IMG/VR virus record: IMGVR_UViG_3300013939_000001
Span: 1-64,000 of that record
From: a virus
DNA length: 64,000 nucleotides
Direction: 5' to 3' (one strand)
The first letter of the stretch is position 1. Every line of letters begins with the position of its first letter. Both the position numbers and the translations under genes were made by a program. Positions 51,215 through 60,429 of the stretch are shown here, piece after piece. A model generated the notes under the pieces. It saw only the letters and a program-made list of their open reading frames with translations. It was not told the DNA's origin and did no database searches.

Positions 51215-51869
51215 CTTCGATCTCCTGGAGCTTACGATCGTGCTCTTTGAACAGGGCGCTATTCTTAGCGTCCCACCGGCGCCAGCTTTGCAGGCTTACC
51301 CCTCTTGACACGGCCTCAGCGTTGTTCCGGAGGCCTGCTTCGAGGAGGTCAAACAGAGTAGCTTCGGTGGCGGAGTTGTCATCTCCGACGGTGCTTCCGG
51401 CCAGGGCAGTCCCGAGTTCACCGGCACCAGCACCTCTTCCTTCGAGGGACTCGTTCCACAGGCGGACAACAGAGCCAGGCAGACGCAGGCCACCAAGGTC
51501 TTGAGAGACAATCGAACGTAGCGCATTGATGTTGCCCTCCTTACGGGCCAAAGACGCTTGCGCATCGGCAAGGTCCTTTTGGGTCTGGTTGATGATCTGT
51601 TGCTGAGCCAGAAGCGCGGCCGCACGATCCTTCTCAGCTTTCTCGGTAGCTTCCTTCGCCGCCTGCTTGTGGGCGGCGAGTTTGTCTTCCGATTCTTTTT
51701 TGGCCTTCTCAGCTGCAGCGATGATGGGCGCATCGATGTCCAGCTGAGCGGACTTGCCAGATTCCACGCCATGGCTATGGATCTTGCAACCGCCGAACAC
51801 GAGCAGGCCGAGCAAGGCGAGATACGCCAAGTTTCGGGGTTTGATCAGGAAAGCAAGGATAGCAGCCAT
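51183..51869 (-). CDS. Rz: i-spanin (Rz-like) (228 aa)
   Basis: N-terminal TM LAYLALLGLLVFGG, long Ala/Lys/Glu/Gln coiled-coil periplasmic domain, and an embedded lipoprotein gene in the +1 frame. Confidence 0.65.
   Translation of the reverse strand: MAAILAFLIKPRNLAYLALLGLLVFGGCKIHSHGVESGKSAQLDIDAPIIAAAEKAKKESEDKLAAHKQAAKEATEKAEKDRAAALLAQQQIINQTQKDLADAQASLARKEGNINALRSIVSQDLGGLRLPGSVVRLWNESLEGRGAGAGELGTALAGSTVGDDNSATEATLFDLLEAGLRNNAEAVSRGVSLQSWRRWDAKNSALFKEHDRKLQEIEDARKSANAGK
51296..51526 (-). CDS. Rz1: o-spanin (Rz1-like) lipoprotein embedded in +1 frame of the i-spanin gene (76 aa)
   Basis: AAGGAGG 9 nt before ATG 51526; MRYVRLSLKTLVACVCLALLSAC (lipobox LLSAC); mature part short and Pro-rich (GTSPSKEEVLVPVNSGLPWPEAPSEMTTPPPK...). 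Confidence 0.75.
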   Translation of the reverse strand: MRYVRLSLKTLVACVCLALLSACGTSPSKEEVLVPVNSGLPWPEAPSEMTTPPPKLLCLTSSKQASGTTLRPCQEG

Positions 51870-51956
51870 AGTGGGTCTCGGTAATGGGTTGTCCCAAATA
51901 ATGGGGTACGGAAGTTTTTACACACATTCTATGACTTCACAGTGGTGCTAACCCCC

Positions 51957-52460
51957 ATGATCGATCTTACTCAACCGCCGCGTCAGGTACTGGCCGACCT
52001 GATCAACGCGTCGAACGATGAGAAGCTGCAAGTCAGCGATGTCGATTTTGGCGTTCCGACTGCCAATACCGACCATTCCCGAAATACCAAGATCGTTGTC
52101 ACGGCCAAAGCGACTTCTCCGTGGGATACCTACCAGGTGTTCTACTACAATCGCATGGACATCGGCGCCAACATCTTCTCCACGCTCAACACCGACTTCA
52201 CCTACGTCCCAGGCATGACCAAAGCGGATCTGATCGGAATGATCAATACCCGCTGGAGTATCAACCTGACCGACGATGACTACACGATGTCGGATCTGCC
52301 CGAAGGCAACGGAACTGTCACGGTCACCGCAAAGCCGGGCTCGCTCAACTACATCGGTTCTGGCGATGTCCGACTGATCGCCGACAAGATTCCGTTGGCT
52401 GACGCATTCCCGAACAACGTGTTGAACGGTCTCACGTACACGCCGCCGGTCGGCCCGTAA
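51957..52460 (+). CDS. virion-module protein, N-domain family member 1 (167 aa)
   Basis: Start placed at ATG 51957 so that MIDLTQPPRQVLADLINASN aligns with MSDLTKPFKTLLVEMINEVN of 61667..62188; both end ..NNVLNGLTYTPP / NNNLNGLTYEP. Confidence 0.7.
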   Translation: MIDLTQPPRQVLADLINASNDEKLQVSDVDFGVPTANTDHSRNTKIVVTAKATSPWDTYQVFYYNRMDIGANIFSTLNTDFTYVPGMTKADLIGMINTRWSINLTDDDYTMSDLPEGNGTVTVTAKPGSLNYIGSGDVRLIADKIPLADAFPNNVLNGLTYTPPVGP

Positions 52461-52471
52461 GCGCACAGAAA

Positions 52472-52499
52472 GCTCCTCCCTGCTTGCGCAGGGAGGAGC
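52472..52499. terminator. bidirectional terminator between convergent genes
   Basis: 12-bp stem GCTCCTCCCTGC/GCAGGGAGGAGC; plus-strand tail GATCTATGCCG, minus-strand tail TTTCTGTGCGC. Confidence 0.7.
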
Positions 52500-52510
52500 G
52501 ATCTATGCCG

Positions 52511-53623
52511 TCAGTTGATGACGCCCACTGCAAACGATGTCAGCACGCGCGGAACCACGGTGTTGGTACGACGGGCGAACACGCGGAACTTGTACTGACC
52601 CAGAGGAGCGCCAGCACCGTTACGCAAGACCGTACCCAGAACCGAGGAGATGTCGCCCACACTGATCGGACCTTGGACCAGACCCGGTGAGATTTCCGAC
52701 AGCGTACGGCGTGCCGGAAGACCCATGCCGACCAGAGCAATGCTCGTTTCATCGCGCAAGATCTCGAACGTCGCTTCCGTACCATCCGGCCCGGTCACTC
52801 CCAACCACACTCGGTACTTGAGCAGGAAGTCCACAGCGGGAGTTTCCTTCGACCCCAGTGCGATCATGACCTTCCAGTCATTGGCGCCGGCCAGTGCGAG
52901 ATTGTAGTTGTAGCCGGACGAATCCGGTGCAACTGCGACATCACCGTTACCCACACGCGGGGAAGCGGCCACTTCGATTTCCGAGTTGGTGGAAACCACG
53001 AAGTTGGTAGCCGGGTAAGCGCCATTGCCAGGCTGATACAGATTGCCCGAGCTCAGGAAACTCGGCGACTGATTCGTCGCTACGGTGGGGGCATCCAGAC
53101 CTGCACCACCCGTACCGGGAACCGGCAGTCCGTCCAGAGCGAACGAGCTGAAGGTGTCCTTGTACAGCGGGCGATCTGGGGTCAGTTCGATCTTGACGGT
53201 ACCAATCCATGCCAGGCTCGCCGGATTGGCTGCGATGTTGACCGTCACCGGCAACGTCGTCGAATCCACCGGGCCGTCCACAATGTCTTCGGCTGCCAAC
53301 TTCAGGCTGAACATCTGGTTCAATCGCGGGATGATGTCCAACTTCGACTCGGGGCCGTCGTTGGGAACCATCAGCTCGGTCGCACCACCTTCGGTCGGAG
53401 GCATGGCAGTGCCCATGTCCAAACGAGTGTAACGCAACGTACGACGACCACGGAAGCCCGAGGACATCACACCGACTGCGACGATGTTGGTATTGCGAGC
53501 GGGAACGCCGCTGGGTACGGGAGTCTCGAAGTCGAGGTTCTCCGTACTCAGGAAGAGCTCCTGTCCAGCTTCGTTGATCAGATCAACGATGAGCTCTTTG
53601 CTGGGCTTGTTCAGATGACCCAT
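52511..53623 (-). CDS. virion-module protein, N-domain family member 2 with long beta-rich C-terminal extension (370 aa)
   Basis: N-terminus KPSKELIVDLINEAGQ..LDFETPVP...RNTNIVAVG...RYTRLDMG matches the family; the rest is Gly/Thr/Asn/Val-rich. Confidence 0.8.
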   Translation of the reverse strand: MGHLNKPSKELIVDLINEAGQELFLSTENLDFETPVPSGVPARNTNIVAVGVMSSGFRGRRTLRYTRLDMGTAMPPTEGGATELMVPNDGPESKLDIIPRLNQMFSLKLAAEDIVDGPVDSTTLPVTVNIAANPASLAWIGTVKIELTPDRPLYKDTFSSFALDGLPVPGTGGAGLDAPTVATNQSPSFLSSGNLYQPGNGAYPATNFVVSTNSEIEVAASPRVGNGDVAVAPDSSGYNYNLALAGANDWKVMIALGSKETPAVDFLLKYRVWLGVTGPDGTEATFEILRDETSIALVGMGLPARRTLSEISPGLVQGPISVGDISSVLGTVLRNGAGAPLGQYKFRVFARRTNTVVPRVLTSFAVGVIN

Positions 53624-53638
53624 GGCACGCTCCCTTTA

Positions 53639-54214
53639 TCAGGCGCCGACATCGCCGCCCGGAGGGACGAAGTCGATCAGACCAACGATGGCCACGGCCA
53701 GGCCGGCCGAGGTCCATGCCGGGCTGGTCATGCGCAGGGTCATCATCGTGCCCGGACCGAAAACACTCGGCTGGGTGAGATCCGATGCGGTGACCGAGCC
53801 GGTGTCGGAGTTGGCCGGGAACGTGATGGTGAACTTGGCACCGCCCACATTCAGTTCCAGGATGACCGGCTGACCGCTGGTGGCGGCGAGCTTGAAGTAC
53901 GAACCGGTCAGGTTCGGGTCGAGCGAGATCGGCTGGATGTTCAGCGAACGGAACATGATTTCAGCACCGGCGCTGTAACGGGCCAGGTCTTCACCGGACC
54001 ACATCACCGTATCGATACGGTTGCCGTTGCGCTGACGGATCTCTTCCTGCAGACCACGCATCGACGGGATGATGCCCGACTCGGTCTGTACCGGCTGATC
54101 GGCGGGGTTGTTGATGATTTCGCTGAGCTTGTTGACCTCGACCTTCAGACGGGCGATTTCAGCTGCCTGTTGCTCGAGGATTTCGGTCTGGGTCGGGGGT
54201 GCGGTTTCGGCCAT
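53639..54214 (-). CDS. virion-module protein with N-terminal coiled coil (191 aa)
   Basis: TEILEQQAAEIARLKVEVNKLSEIIN heptad-like segment, then a beta-rich domain. Confidence 0.75.
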   Translation of the reverse strand: MAETAPPTQTEILEQQAAEIARLKVEVNKLSEIINNPADQPVQTESGIIPSMRGLQEEIRQRNGNRIDTVMWSGEDLARYSAGAEIMFRSLNIQPISLDPNLTGSYFKLAATSGQPVILELNVGGAKFTITFPANSDTGSVTASDLTQPSVFGPGTMMTLRMTSPAWTSAGLAVAIVGLIDFVPPGGDVGA

Positions 54215-54229
54215 TGCCGTAGTCCTCTA

Positions 54230-54778
54230 TCAATAGAAAGCGGTGAACGCCAGGGGGATGTCGAACTGAACTACCTGACGCAGCTCGTCGACTTGACTTG
54301 CAACCAGTTCCGGATCATCCAGACGCCAGTTCACGTTGACCGTGAGGTTGGCAGTGCCGTAGTATCCGTAGGAGTCCACTGGGGACTTCACGGGGATCTG
54401 GTAGGACAGCTCGCCACCGGACACATCGAAGTTACCCACGACCTGGATATCGTGCTCATCCAGATAGATACCGTACTTGCGACGGTACATGTCCAAGGCG
54501 ACTTCGAACGTATCGGTGTCTTCGACCGTTACATTGACCGAAGGCGTGATGACCTCGGACAACTGACGGCGATCGTACAAGACGTAGACGCGACCAGCAT
54601 GGGTGAACTCCATGGTGGTGCGTAGCGAGACGCGGGTGTTGCGACCGCTGGCGTCTCCCGTCAGTACTTCGGGTTTGGTGATATCCATGAAGTCGGTGGT
54701 CGTGACGTCCACCGAGCTCTTGGCGTTGAGCATCTCCATCAGGTTTTCCAATGGAGTCTTGCCGAAATCTACACTCAT
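54230..54778 (-). CDS. virion-module protein, N-domain family member 3 (182 aa)
   Basis: TPLENLMEMLNAKSS..TDFMDITKPE...RNTRVSLR...VLYDRRQL matches the family N-domain. Confidence 0.75.
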   Translation of the reverse strand: MSVDFGKTPLENLMEMLNAKSSVDVTTTDFMDITKPEVLTGDASGRNTRVSLRTTMEFTHAGRVYVLYDRRQLSEVITPSVNVTVEDTDTFEVALDMYRRKYGIYLDEHDIQVVGNFDVSGGELSYQIPVKSPVDSYGYYGTANLTVNVNWRLDDPELVASQVDELRQVVQFDIPLAFTAFY

Positions 54779-54790
54779 CGGAAATGTCCT

Positions 54791-55168
54791 TTAGTAGATG
54801 CGCTTTTGTTGCAGGCCGCCTGGAGTCGGTCGGATCTCACGATCCTTCTGACTCTTAAGCACGATCACAGCCAGATCACACATGCGAGTGGATACCCTGA
54901 CGCGATAAATTGCGTGGCTATGAACCTCGGACAGATACAGCGGTTTGGTCATGTCTTTCAGACGTGCCGAACGTGCGTACTGTCCGACCAATTCCGTCAG
55001 GCGCATTGGCGACTTGGAAGCGCGGGCGACTACGAAATTCAGTTCGGACACGCGAAGCGGACTGACAACCTGATGAATCGCCTGATGCCCGATGAACGGG
55101 ATCTGGTAATTCGTGGTCATTCGGTAGATCGCTTGATGGCCAAACTCTGAGGCGCGGTATTCGCTCAT
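54791..55168 (-). CDS. small virion-module protein S1 (125 aa), paralogue of 57625..58002
   Basis: Both start MSEY and share YARSARLKDMTKPLYLS / YLRSARLKDMSKPLYSS and VIVLKSQKDREIRPTPGGLQQKRIY / VIVLKSQKDRVIRPVPGGLMQHRIY. Confidence 0.8.
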   Translation of the reverse strand: MSEYRASEFGHQAIYRMTTNYQIPFIGHQAIHQVVSPLRVSELNFVVARASKSPMRLTELVGQYARSARLKDMTKPLYLSEVHSHAIYRVRVSTRMCDLAVIVLKSQKDREIRPTPGGLQQKRIY

Positions 55169-55180
55169 GACGGTCTCCTA

Positions 55181-56344
55181 TTACGGGACCGTCGCGTTCA
55201 GCCGCACGATCGGGGTACGGATGTCGGCTTCGTCGATGCCCACCAGACGAGACAGGAGGTAGGGGTTGTAGCCGTTTCCTGTGGCGATGTTGGACGGCGG
55301 AGCCAGCGAACCGCTGCCATCGGACTTGCGCAGTTCGGCTGTCAAGATGCGGCCTGCGTCGCGATCACGGCTAGCGCGAATCACTACTTCCGAGGCCAGG
55401 GTCTTGAACGGCGTGTTGACGCCGGCAACCTTCGCACTCATTGCGCCTGCATCGGCCGGCGAGGCGTAGTAGGTCGCATCGTCGAAATCGGTCAACGTGT
55501 CCGACGCAGTGGCGTTGCCTTCCTTCTCCCACGCACCCGGCGTCACCGTTGAGATCTTGCTCGGCAGAATCAACTGCGGACCAATCCCCTTGTCGAACAA
55601 ACCGGCGTTCGCATCGGAGATGATGATGTCCGAATACAATGAGGCGATGGTCACCTGCGCATTCAGGATATTGATGCCGTAGAAGAAACTGATGCCTGTG
55701 GTGTTGAGTCGATTATCGACATTGGTCGCGGTTTCGATCAGATCGCCATCGATATACAGTTCGAAATCGTAGGTACCTGCGGCAGCGCCGAGCCTACGGA
55801 TCGCACGGATTTCGATGTGGTACTCGCGACCAGCCACCAGGTAGGGATACTTCGTGACCGGGATGGCCGGGTTGTTGAAGAATGAGAGCTGGATGGCGGT
55901 GTCCGTTGTTGACGAACGAATCTTCAACATGACAAGGGCAGCGCCAGCATCGCCCGAATAGATCGAGAACAGCGGCACTACGTTGTTGCTGGTATTGATT
56001 CCCGGCAAGACCTTGTAGGTGAATGCCGTGCAGACCATCCCGCCTTCGGCCGGTGCGGTCAGGGGAGTGATGTTTCGCAGGTAGGCGTTCGTGTTTTGGT
56101 TGCCCATGCGCTTGACGACGAACGCATTACGCTCATACACCGAACCAGGGGACATCTTGTGGGCCGCCTGTCCCGACACACCAATCTGATTGTTGAGCGT
56201 GGGGCTAGAAGCAACGGCAGTACTGACGACCCGGAAATCCGGAGCGTAATGGGTCTTTTCGATACCGGCGCCGTTGACGATGTAACCGCCTGCGTCGACG
56301 TTACCGGGGTAGAGATCGAACCCCAACATATATTTCAGAGCCAC
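55181..56344 (-). CDS. beta-rich virion-module paralogue A1 (387 aa), putative fibre/baseplate/receptor-binding component
   Basis: Paralogue of 58015..59163 (MALKYMLGFDLYPGNVDAGG / MTLKLMAGFDMYPGAADANK; REYHIEIRAIRR..ELYIDGDLI / REYHIEVRIYRR..DLYIDGEFV); structural role is inference. Confidence 0.8.
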   Translation of the reverse strand: MALKYMLGFDLYPGNVDAGGYIVNGAGIEKTHYAPDFRVVSTAVASSPTLNNQIGVSGQAAHKMSPGSVYERNAFVVKRMGNQNTNAYLRNITPLTAPAEGGMVCTAFTYKVLPGINTSNNVVPLFSIYSGDAGAALVMLKIRSSTTDTAIQLSFFNNPAIPVTKYPYLVAGREYHIEIRAIRRLGAAAGTYDFELYIDGDLIETATNVDNRLNTTGISFFYGINILNAQVTIASLYSDIIISDANAGLFDKGIGPQLILPSKISTVTPGAWEKEGNATASDTLTDFDDATYYASPADAGAMSAKVAGVNTPFKTLASEVVIRASRDRDAGRILTAELRKSDGSGSLAPPSNIATGNGYNPYLLSRLVGIDEADIRTPIVRLNATVP

Positions 56345-56356
56345 GGGATTATCTCC

Positions 56357-57607
56357 TCAGGAAACTTTGAGCTGGACGGCCAACTTACCACTATCGGCGA
56401 ACTCCAGCGCGGCCGCTCCTGCGACAGTGTTGGGGACGAGGTTCACGATGCGTTGGTAATTCATGACGCCGGTCACCGCGCGGTTGGGATCGTTGGCCAC
56501 GATCGCACCATCGGACATCCTGGTCAGGCTGGTGGACAACTGCATCGGGGCCGAAGCGGGAACGTCACGCCGTACGCGACCATACATCATCACGCCGTTG
56601 ACTTCGGCGCCCACCGGCAATCGCAGATTGTAATTGGCGGTCATCGGTGTCTTGTCCAGCGCCGAGGTGACGTAGGTCGCGTCGTTACCATCGGTAAGGG
56701 CTTGGATCATCGGCACACCGCCGAACGTGTCCCATCCCGATGCGGTCACCGTTTCCAGCGCCGCCGGCAGAATTACCTGCGGACCCAGCGGAGCAGTCCA
56801 GTTACCGTCAGCATCCACACAGCTGCTGATCATCAGATCGGAAAGACCGAAGGAGTTGGTGTAGGTCGCCGCCTGCGTTGCCGTGGCCTGGATCGTGAAC
56901 CGAAGACGACTCTGGGCAATGGTGGTCTGCGACACACTCCATGGCTTGGCTGCGTACAGCAGATCGCCATTGACGTAGAGCTTGACATCCACAACCGCGT
57001 TACCGGTACCGGGATTCTCCCAGCCAATCTCAACTTCGAAATGAGTCGGCTGGCCCTTGATGATGTCCGGACAGAGGTTTGGACTGATACCACTGATAGC
57101 CCAGTACGAACGGCTTCCGGCGACCGCCCTCGTCACAAGTGGCGTTGAGCTCGATCCGAAGAACACATCGACGTTCGACGCCGGCATCGCAATCGGCGCA
57201 GCGGGATTGGGATACTCAGTAAAGTCGGTCAAGTTGAAGCCAAAACGAATGCCGTACTTGGCACCAACGACACCGGGATTGCCACGGTCAGGGATACCTG
57301 CCGTCCAGAAGGTCGTTTTCAGGTTCGTGTTGTTACCACGACCCGCTTGGAAGACGAACGTATTGCGGCGTTCCGCACCGACACCGATCTTGTGTCGCTC
57401 CAGGCCCGTCACACCGGCATTGTTGTAGCCGAAGTTGGCTTCCGACGGCAACGTCCACGGATAACCGTAGGTCAGACTGGTCAGTTCGTCTGCGATCGGG
57501 GTGCCGGCGTGGGCGCCCAGGATCGGGTCGTCCGCATCGACGCCCGATCCACCCTTAGTCCCGGTCCCGAAGATGTCGAAGCCGAGAAAATTCAAAACAC
57601 GTTTCAT
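56357..57607 (-). CDS. beta-rich virion-module paralogue B1 (416 aa)
   Basis: Paralogue of 59174..60418 (NAGVTGLERHKIGVGAERRNTFVF / NAGVTNLEKHRVGTGADRRNTLVM; THFEVEIGWENP..LYVNGDLL / THFEIELICENP..IWINGDLV). Confidence 0.8.
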   Translation of the reverse strand: MKRVLNFLGFDIFGTGTKGGSGVDADDPILGAHAGTPIADELTSLTYGYPWTLPSEANFGYNNAGVTGLERHKIGVGAERRNTFVFQAGRGNNTNLKTTFWTAGIPDRGNPGVVGAKYGIRFGFNLTDFTEYPNPAAPIAMPASNVDVFFGSSSTPLVTRAVAGSRSYWAISGISPNLCPDIIKGQPTHFEVEIGWENPGTGNAVVDVKLYVNGDLLYAAKPWSVSQTTIAQSRLRFTIQATATQAATYTNSFGLSDLMISSCVDADGNWTAPLGPQVILPAALETVTASGWDTFGGVPMIQALTDGNDATYVTSALDKTPMTANYNLRLPVGAEVNGVMMYGRVRRDVPASAPMQLSTSLTRMSDGAIVANDPNRAVTGVMNYQRIVNLVPNTVAGAAALEFADSGKLAVQLKVS

Positions 57608-57624
57608 AGGCTCCTCGTGATGCC

Positions 57625-58002
57625 TTAGTAAATGCGATGTTGCATGAGACCGCCCGGTACCGGACGAATCACGCGATCCTTCTGGCTCTTCAGGACGATA
57701 ACCGCCACTTCGTTCAGTCGCGTCTTGACCTGCACCGACACCACCGTCTGCGCAACGATCTTGGAAGAGTACAAAGGCTTGGACATGTCTTTCAGACGTG
57801 CCGAGCGCAGGTACTGTACTGCCAACATTGTTACGCGAGCAGGAGACGAAACGCCTCGCATGCTTTGAGCGGCGAGCATCATCACTCTCGAATCAGCGAT
57901 GGGGGTGAAGACACTCTGGCCGACCAACAGTGGAACTCGATAACTGGTGGTCAGCCGGTATACGGACTGCAGCGCGATCTTTGTTGCGAAATACTCGCTC
58001 AT
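57625..58002 (-). CDS. small virion-module protein S2 (125 aa)
   Basis: Paralogue of 54791..55168, same length and same position relative to the A/B genes. Confidence 0.8.
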   Translation of the reverse strand: MSEYFATKIALQSVYRLTTSYRVPLLVGQSVFTPIADSRVMMLAAQSMRGVSSPARVTMLAVQYLRSARLKDMSKPLYSSKIVAQTVVSVQVKTRLNEVAVIVLKSQKDRVIRPVPGGLMQHRIY

Positions 58003-58014
58003 GATCGCCTCCTA

Positions 58015-59163
58015 TTACGGCGTGGTGGCGGTCAATCGCACAGTGGGGGCGCGAAGGTCGGCCTCGGATGCGTTGATCACGCGAGGCAGCAGGTAGTTGT
58101 TGTATCCGTTGGCCGTGGCGATGTTCTGCGTCGCAACCAGGTTGTCGCCGGCACTACCCAGCAGGTCCACCGACAGCGTACGGCCCGCATCGCGGTCACG
58201 GCTGGCACGAATCACCACCTCGGTGGCACGGGCCGGATAGCTCACCAGCGGCGCTGCAACTTTGATTGACATCGAACCTGCATCGTTGGGCGATGCGTAG
58301 TAGGTGGTGTCGTCATTGTCGCTGAGGGTATCCACTGGGGTGGCGTTACCTTCCTTCTCCCAGTTGCCCGGAGTCACTGCCGAAACCTTCGTCGGCAACA
58401 CCAGCTGGGGACCGATACCGGCAGCGAACAGAGTGCCACCCGGCTCGGAAATGAGGATGTCGCCCAGCAGCATCGTCATGGTGAGATTGGCGTTGATCGA
58501 CGCATTGCCGAACATGAACTTCACGCCGGCCGTTTCGATGGGGACGTCCGCAAATCCGGGCGAGTTGATGACAAATTCGCCATCGATGTAAAGGTCTGCG
58601 GTGATCCTACCGACCGGATCATTCAACCGGCGATAGATTCGAACCTCTATGTGATACTCTCGACCGACCGTCAGATACGGGTACGTGGTGAGCGGCAATG
58701 CAGCGGTCCTCCAGATGATCTGGAGTGTGGCATCCGATGCAGCCTGAAGACGCAGGAGAATACCGCCACCGACGGTGCCGTTGACCGAAGAGGTCAGAGT
58801 GACGACGTTGTAGGCGTAGCCGGCTGTGTTGACGCCCGGCAGAACCTTCAGGGTGAATGCGCAGGCAACGATGTCGCCTGCGTTCGGAGCCTTGTAGGTT
58901 TCCTTGGTGCGGGCGATCAGCGCCGTACTCTGCGAGCCGGAGCGACGGAAGACCAGTGCGTTGCGCTCGACCGCAGAGCCCAGACCGAGCTTGTGTTCGG
59001 GCAGTCCAGTCACGCCGTAGCTGTTGTTGGCTGCGGGGGTACGGACTTCCTCGAAGAGGTTGGCGTAGTGGGTACCAGCAATGCCCTGACCTTGGATCGG
59101 GAACTTGTTGGCGTCGGCTGCACCCGGATACATGTCAAATCCGGCCATCAGCTTGAGAGTCAT
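58015..59163 (-). CDS. beta-rich virion-module paralogue A2 (382 aa)
   Basis: Frame of ORF 58015..59220; start placed at ATG 59163 (AAGGGG SD), matching the A1 N-terminus. Confidence 0.8.
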   Translation of the reverse strand: MTLKLMAGFDMYPGAADANKFPIQGQGIAGTHYANLFEEVRTPAANNSYGVTGLPEHKLGLGSAVERNALVFRRSGSQSTALIARTKETYKAPNAGDIVACAFTLKVLPGVNTAGYAYNVVTLTSSVNGTVGGGILLRLQAASDATLQIIWRTAALPLTTYPYLTVGREYHIEVRIYRRLNDPVGRITADLYIDGEFVINSPGFADVPIETAGVKFMFGNASINANLTMTMLLGDILISEPGGTLFAAGIGPQLVLPTKVSAVTPGNWEKEGNATPVDTLSDNDDTTYYASPNDAGSMSIKVAAPLVSYPARATEVVIRASRDRDAGRTLSVDLLGSAGDNLVATQNIATANGYNNYLLPRVINASEADLRAPTVRLTATTP

Positions 59164-59173
59164 GATTGTCCCC

Positions 59174-60418
59174 TTAGGCGACGAAGTTGTAGTTGATGCT
59201 GAGCTTGCCGGTGTCGGCAAAGGCCAGTCGGTCGATACCGGCCTGGGTGTTGGGGAGAATCGACATCACCCGCTGGTACTGCGGATTGGCACCCACCGTG
59301 AACGATGCGGCAGTTCCCGGCAGCGCAACGCTATCCAGAGTGCGGGTACCATCCACCTTCACGGAGAAAGGAGCGGACGCTGCGACGCTCCTGGATGTAC
59401 GCATGTAGACGTTGAGACCATTCAGTTCAGCACCCACGGGGAGCTGGAGATCCACGTCGACCTTCATCGGCGTGCGCGGCTGCGGGGACTGGACGTAGGT
59501 TCCATCGTCCGCATCGGTGAGCGCCACTGCGGCACTGCTACCGGTCACCGACCAATTCGCGCCTGTGAACCCCGTCACTTGGGCCGTCTTGACGATCTGC
59601 GGACCCAGCGGTGGGATACGTTCGAGGGCGGCGTTGAATGGATTGGAGACCACCAGGTCAGAGATACCGAACGAATTGAACCAGGTGCCGGCACCGCTGG
59701 GAGGGCAGTTCAGACGCATCCGGTATTCGTAGATCGACGTTTGTCCGATCGACCACGCGATGAGGCCGTTTACCACCAGATCGCCATTGATCCAAATGTT
59801 CAGTCTCAGATCGGCGTTACTGCTGGCCGGGGGATTTTCGCAGATCAGTTCGATTTCGAAATGGGTCGGCACACCCTTGACGATTTCCGGGTACTGCGTA
59901 TTGGGGACCTGGGGGACCTGCCAATAGCTCTTGCCGTTTATCACGGCTCGCTGGACTGCCGTGAATACGTTGGTTGACAACATCAACGTGACGACAGGAT
60001 TGGCAGCCACCGGAGCGGCCGGGTTGAGGAATTCGGTGAAGTCGGTGAGATAGAACGCATACCGGATGCCCGTCTTCACACCTGCCACTCCCGGCGAACG
60101 TCGACCAGCAGCGGTGTAGACATTGACCATCGCCGTCGAATTCGTCGATCGACCGCAATTCATCACCAGCGTGTTACGCCGATCTGCACCGGTACCGACA
60201 CGGTGCTTTTCCAGGTTCGTGACACCGGCATTGTTGACCTGGAAGCTGCCGTCAGTGACGGTGGGCCAAGCCAGCCCGTACACGACCGACAGCTCCTCAC
60301 CGATGGGAGTGTTCCAGGTGTTTACGCCGGTGGGATCGTCTTTGTCCGCGCCTGCGCCACCCTTGACCGCGCCGCCAAACAGATCGAATCCGTTGAACGA
60401 ATAGATGTTGTTATCCAT
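59174..60418 (-). CDS. beta-rich virion-module paralogue B2 (414 aa)
   Basis: See B1. Confidence 0.8.
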   Translation of the reverse strand: MDNNIYSFNGFDLFGGAVKGGAGADKDDPTGVNTWNTPIGEELSVVYGLAWPTVTDGSFQVNNAGVTNLEKHRVGTGADRRNTLVMNCGRSTNSTAMVNVYTAAGRRSPGVAGVKTGIRYAFYLTDFTEFLNPAAPVAANPVVTLMLSTNVFTAVQRAVINGKSYWQVPQVPNTQYPEIVKGVPTHFEIELICENPPASSNADLRLNIWINGDLVVNGLIAWSIGQTSIYEYRMRLNCPPSGAGTWFNSFGISDLVVSNPFNAALERIPPLGPQIVKTAQVTGFTGANWSVTGSSAAVALTDADDGTYVQSPQPRTPMKVDVDLQLPVGAELNGLNVYMRTSRSVAASAPFSVKVDGTRTLDSVALPGTAASFTVGANPQYQRVMSILPNTQAGIDRLAFADTGKLSINYNFVA

Positions 60419-60429
60419 GGGGAGGTTCC

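Noticed and set aside
51527-51772. Upstream 82 codons of ORF 51296-51772 (the frame that contains Rz1).
   Set aside because: This part is an Arg/Lys/Pro-rich out-of-frame read of the Rz coiled coil. The strong SD and the signal peptide begin only at ATG 51526.
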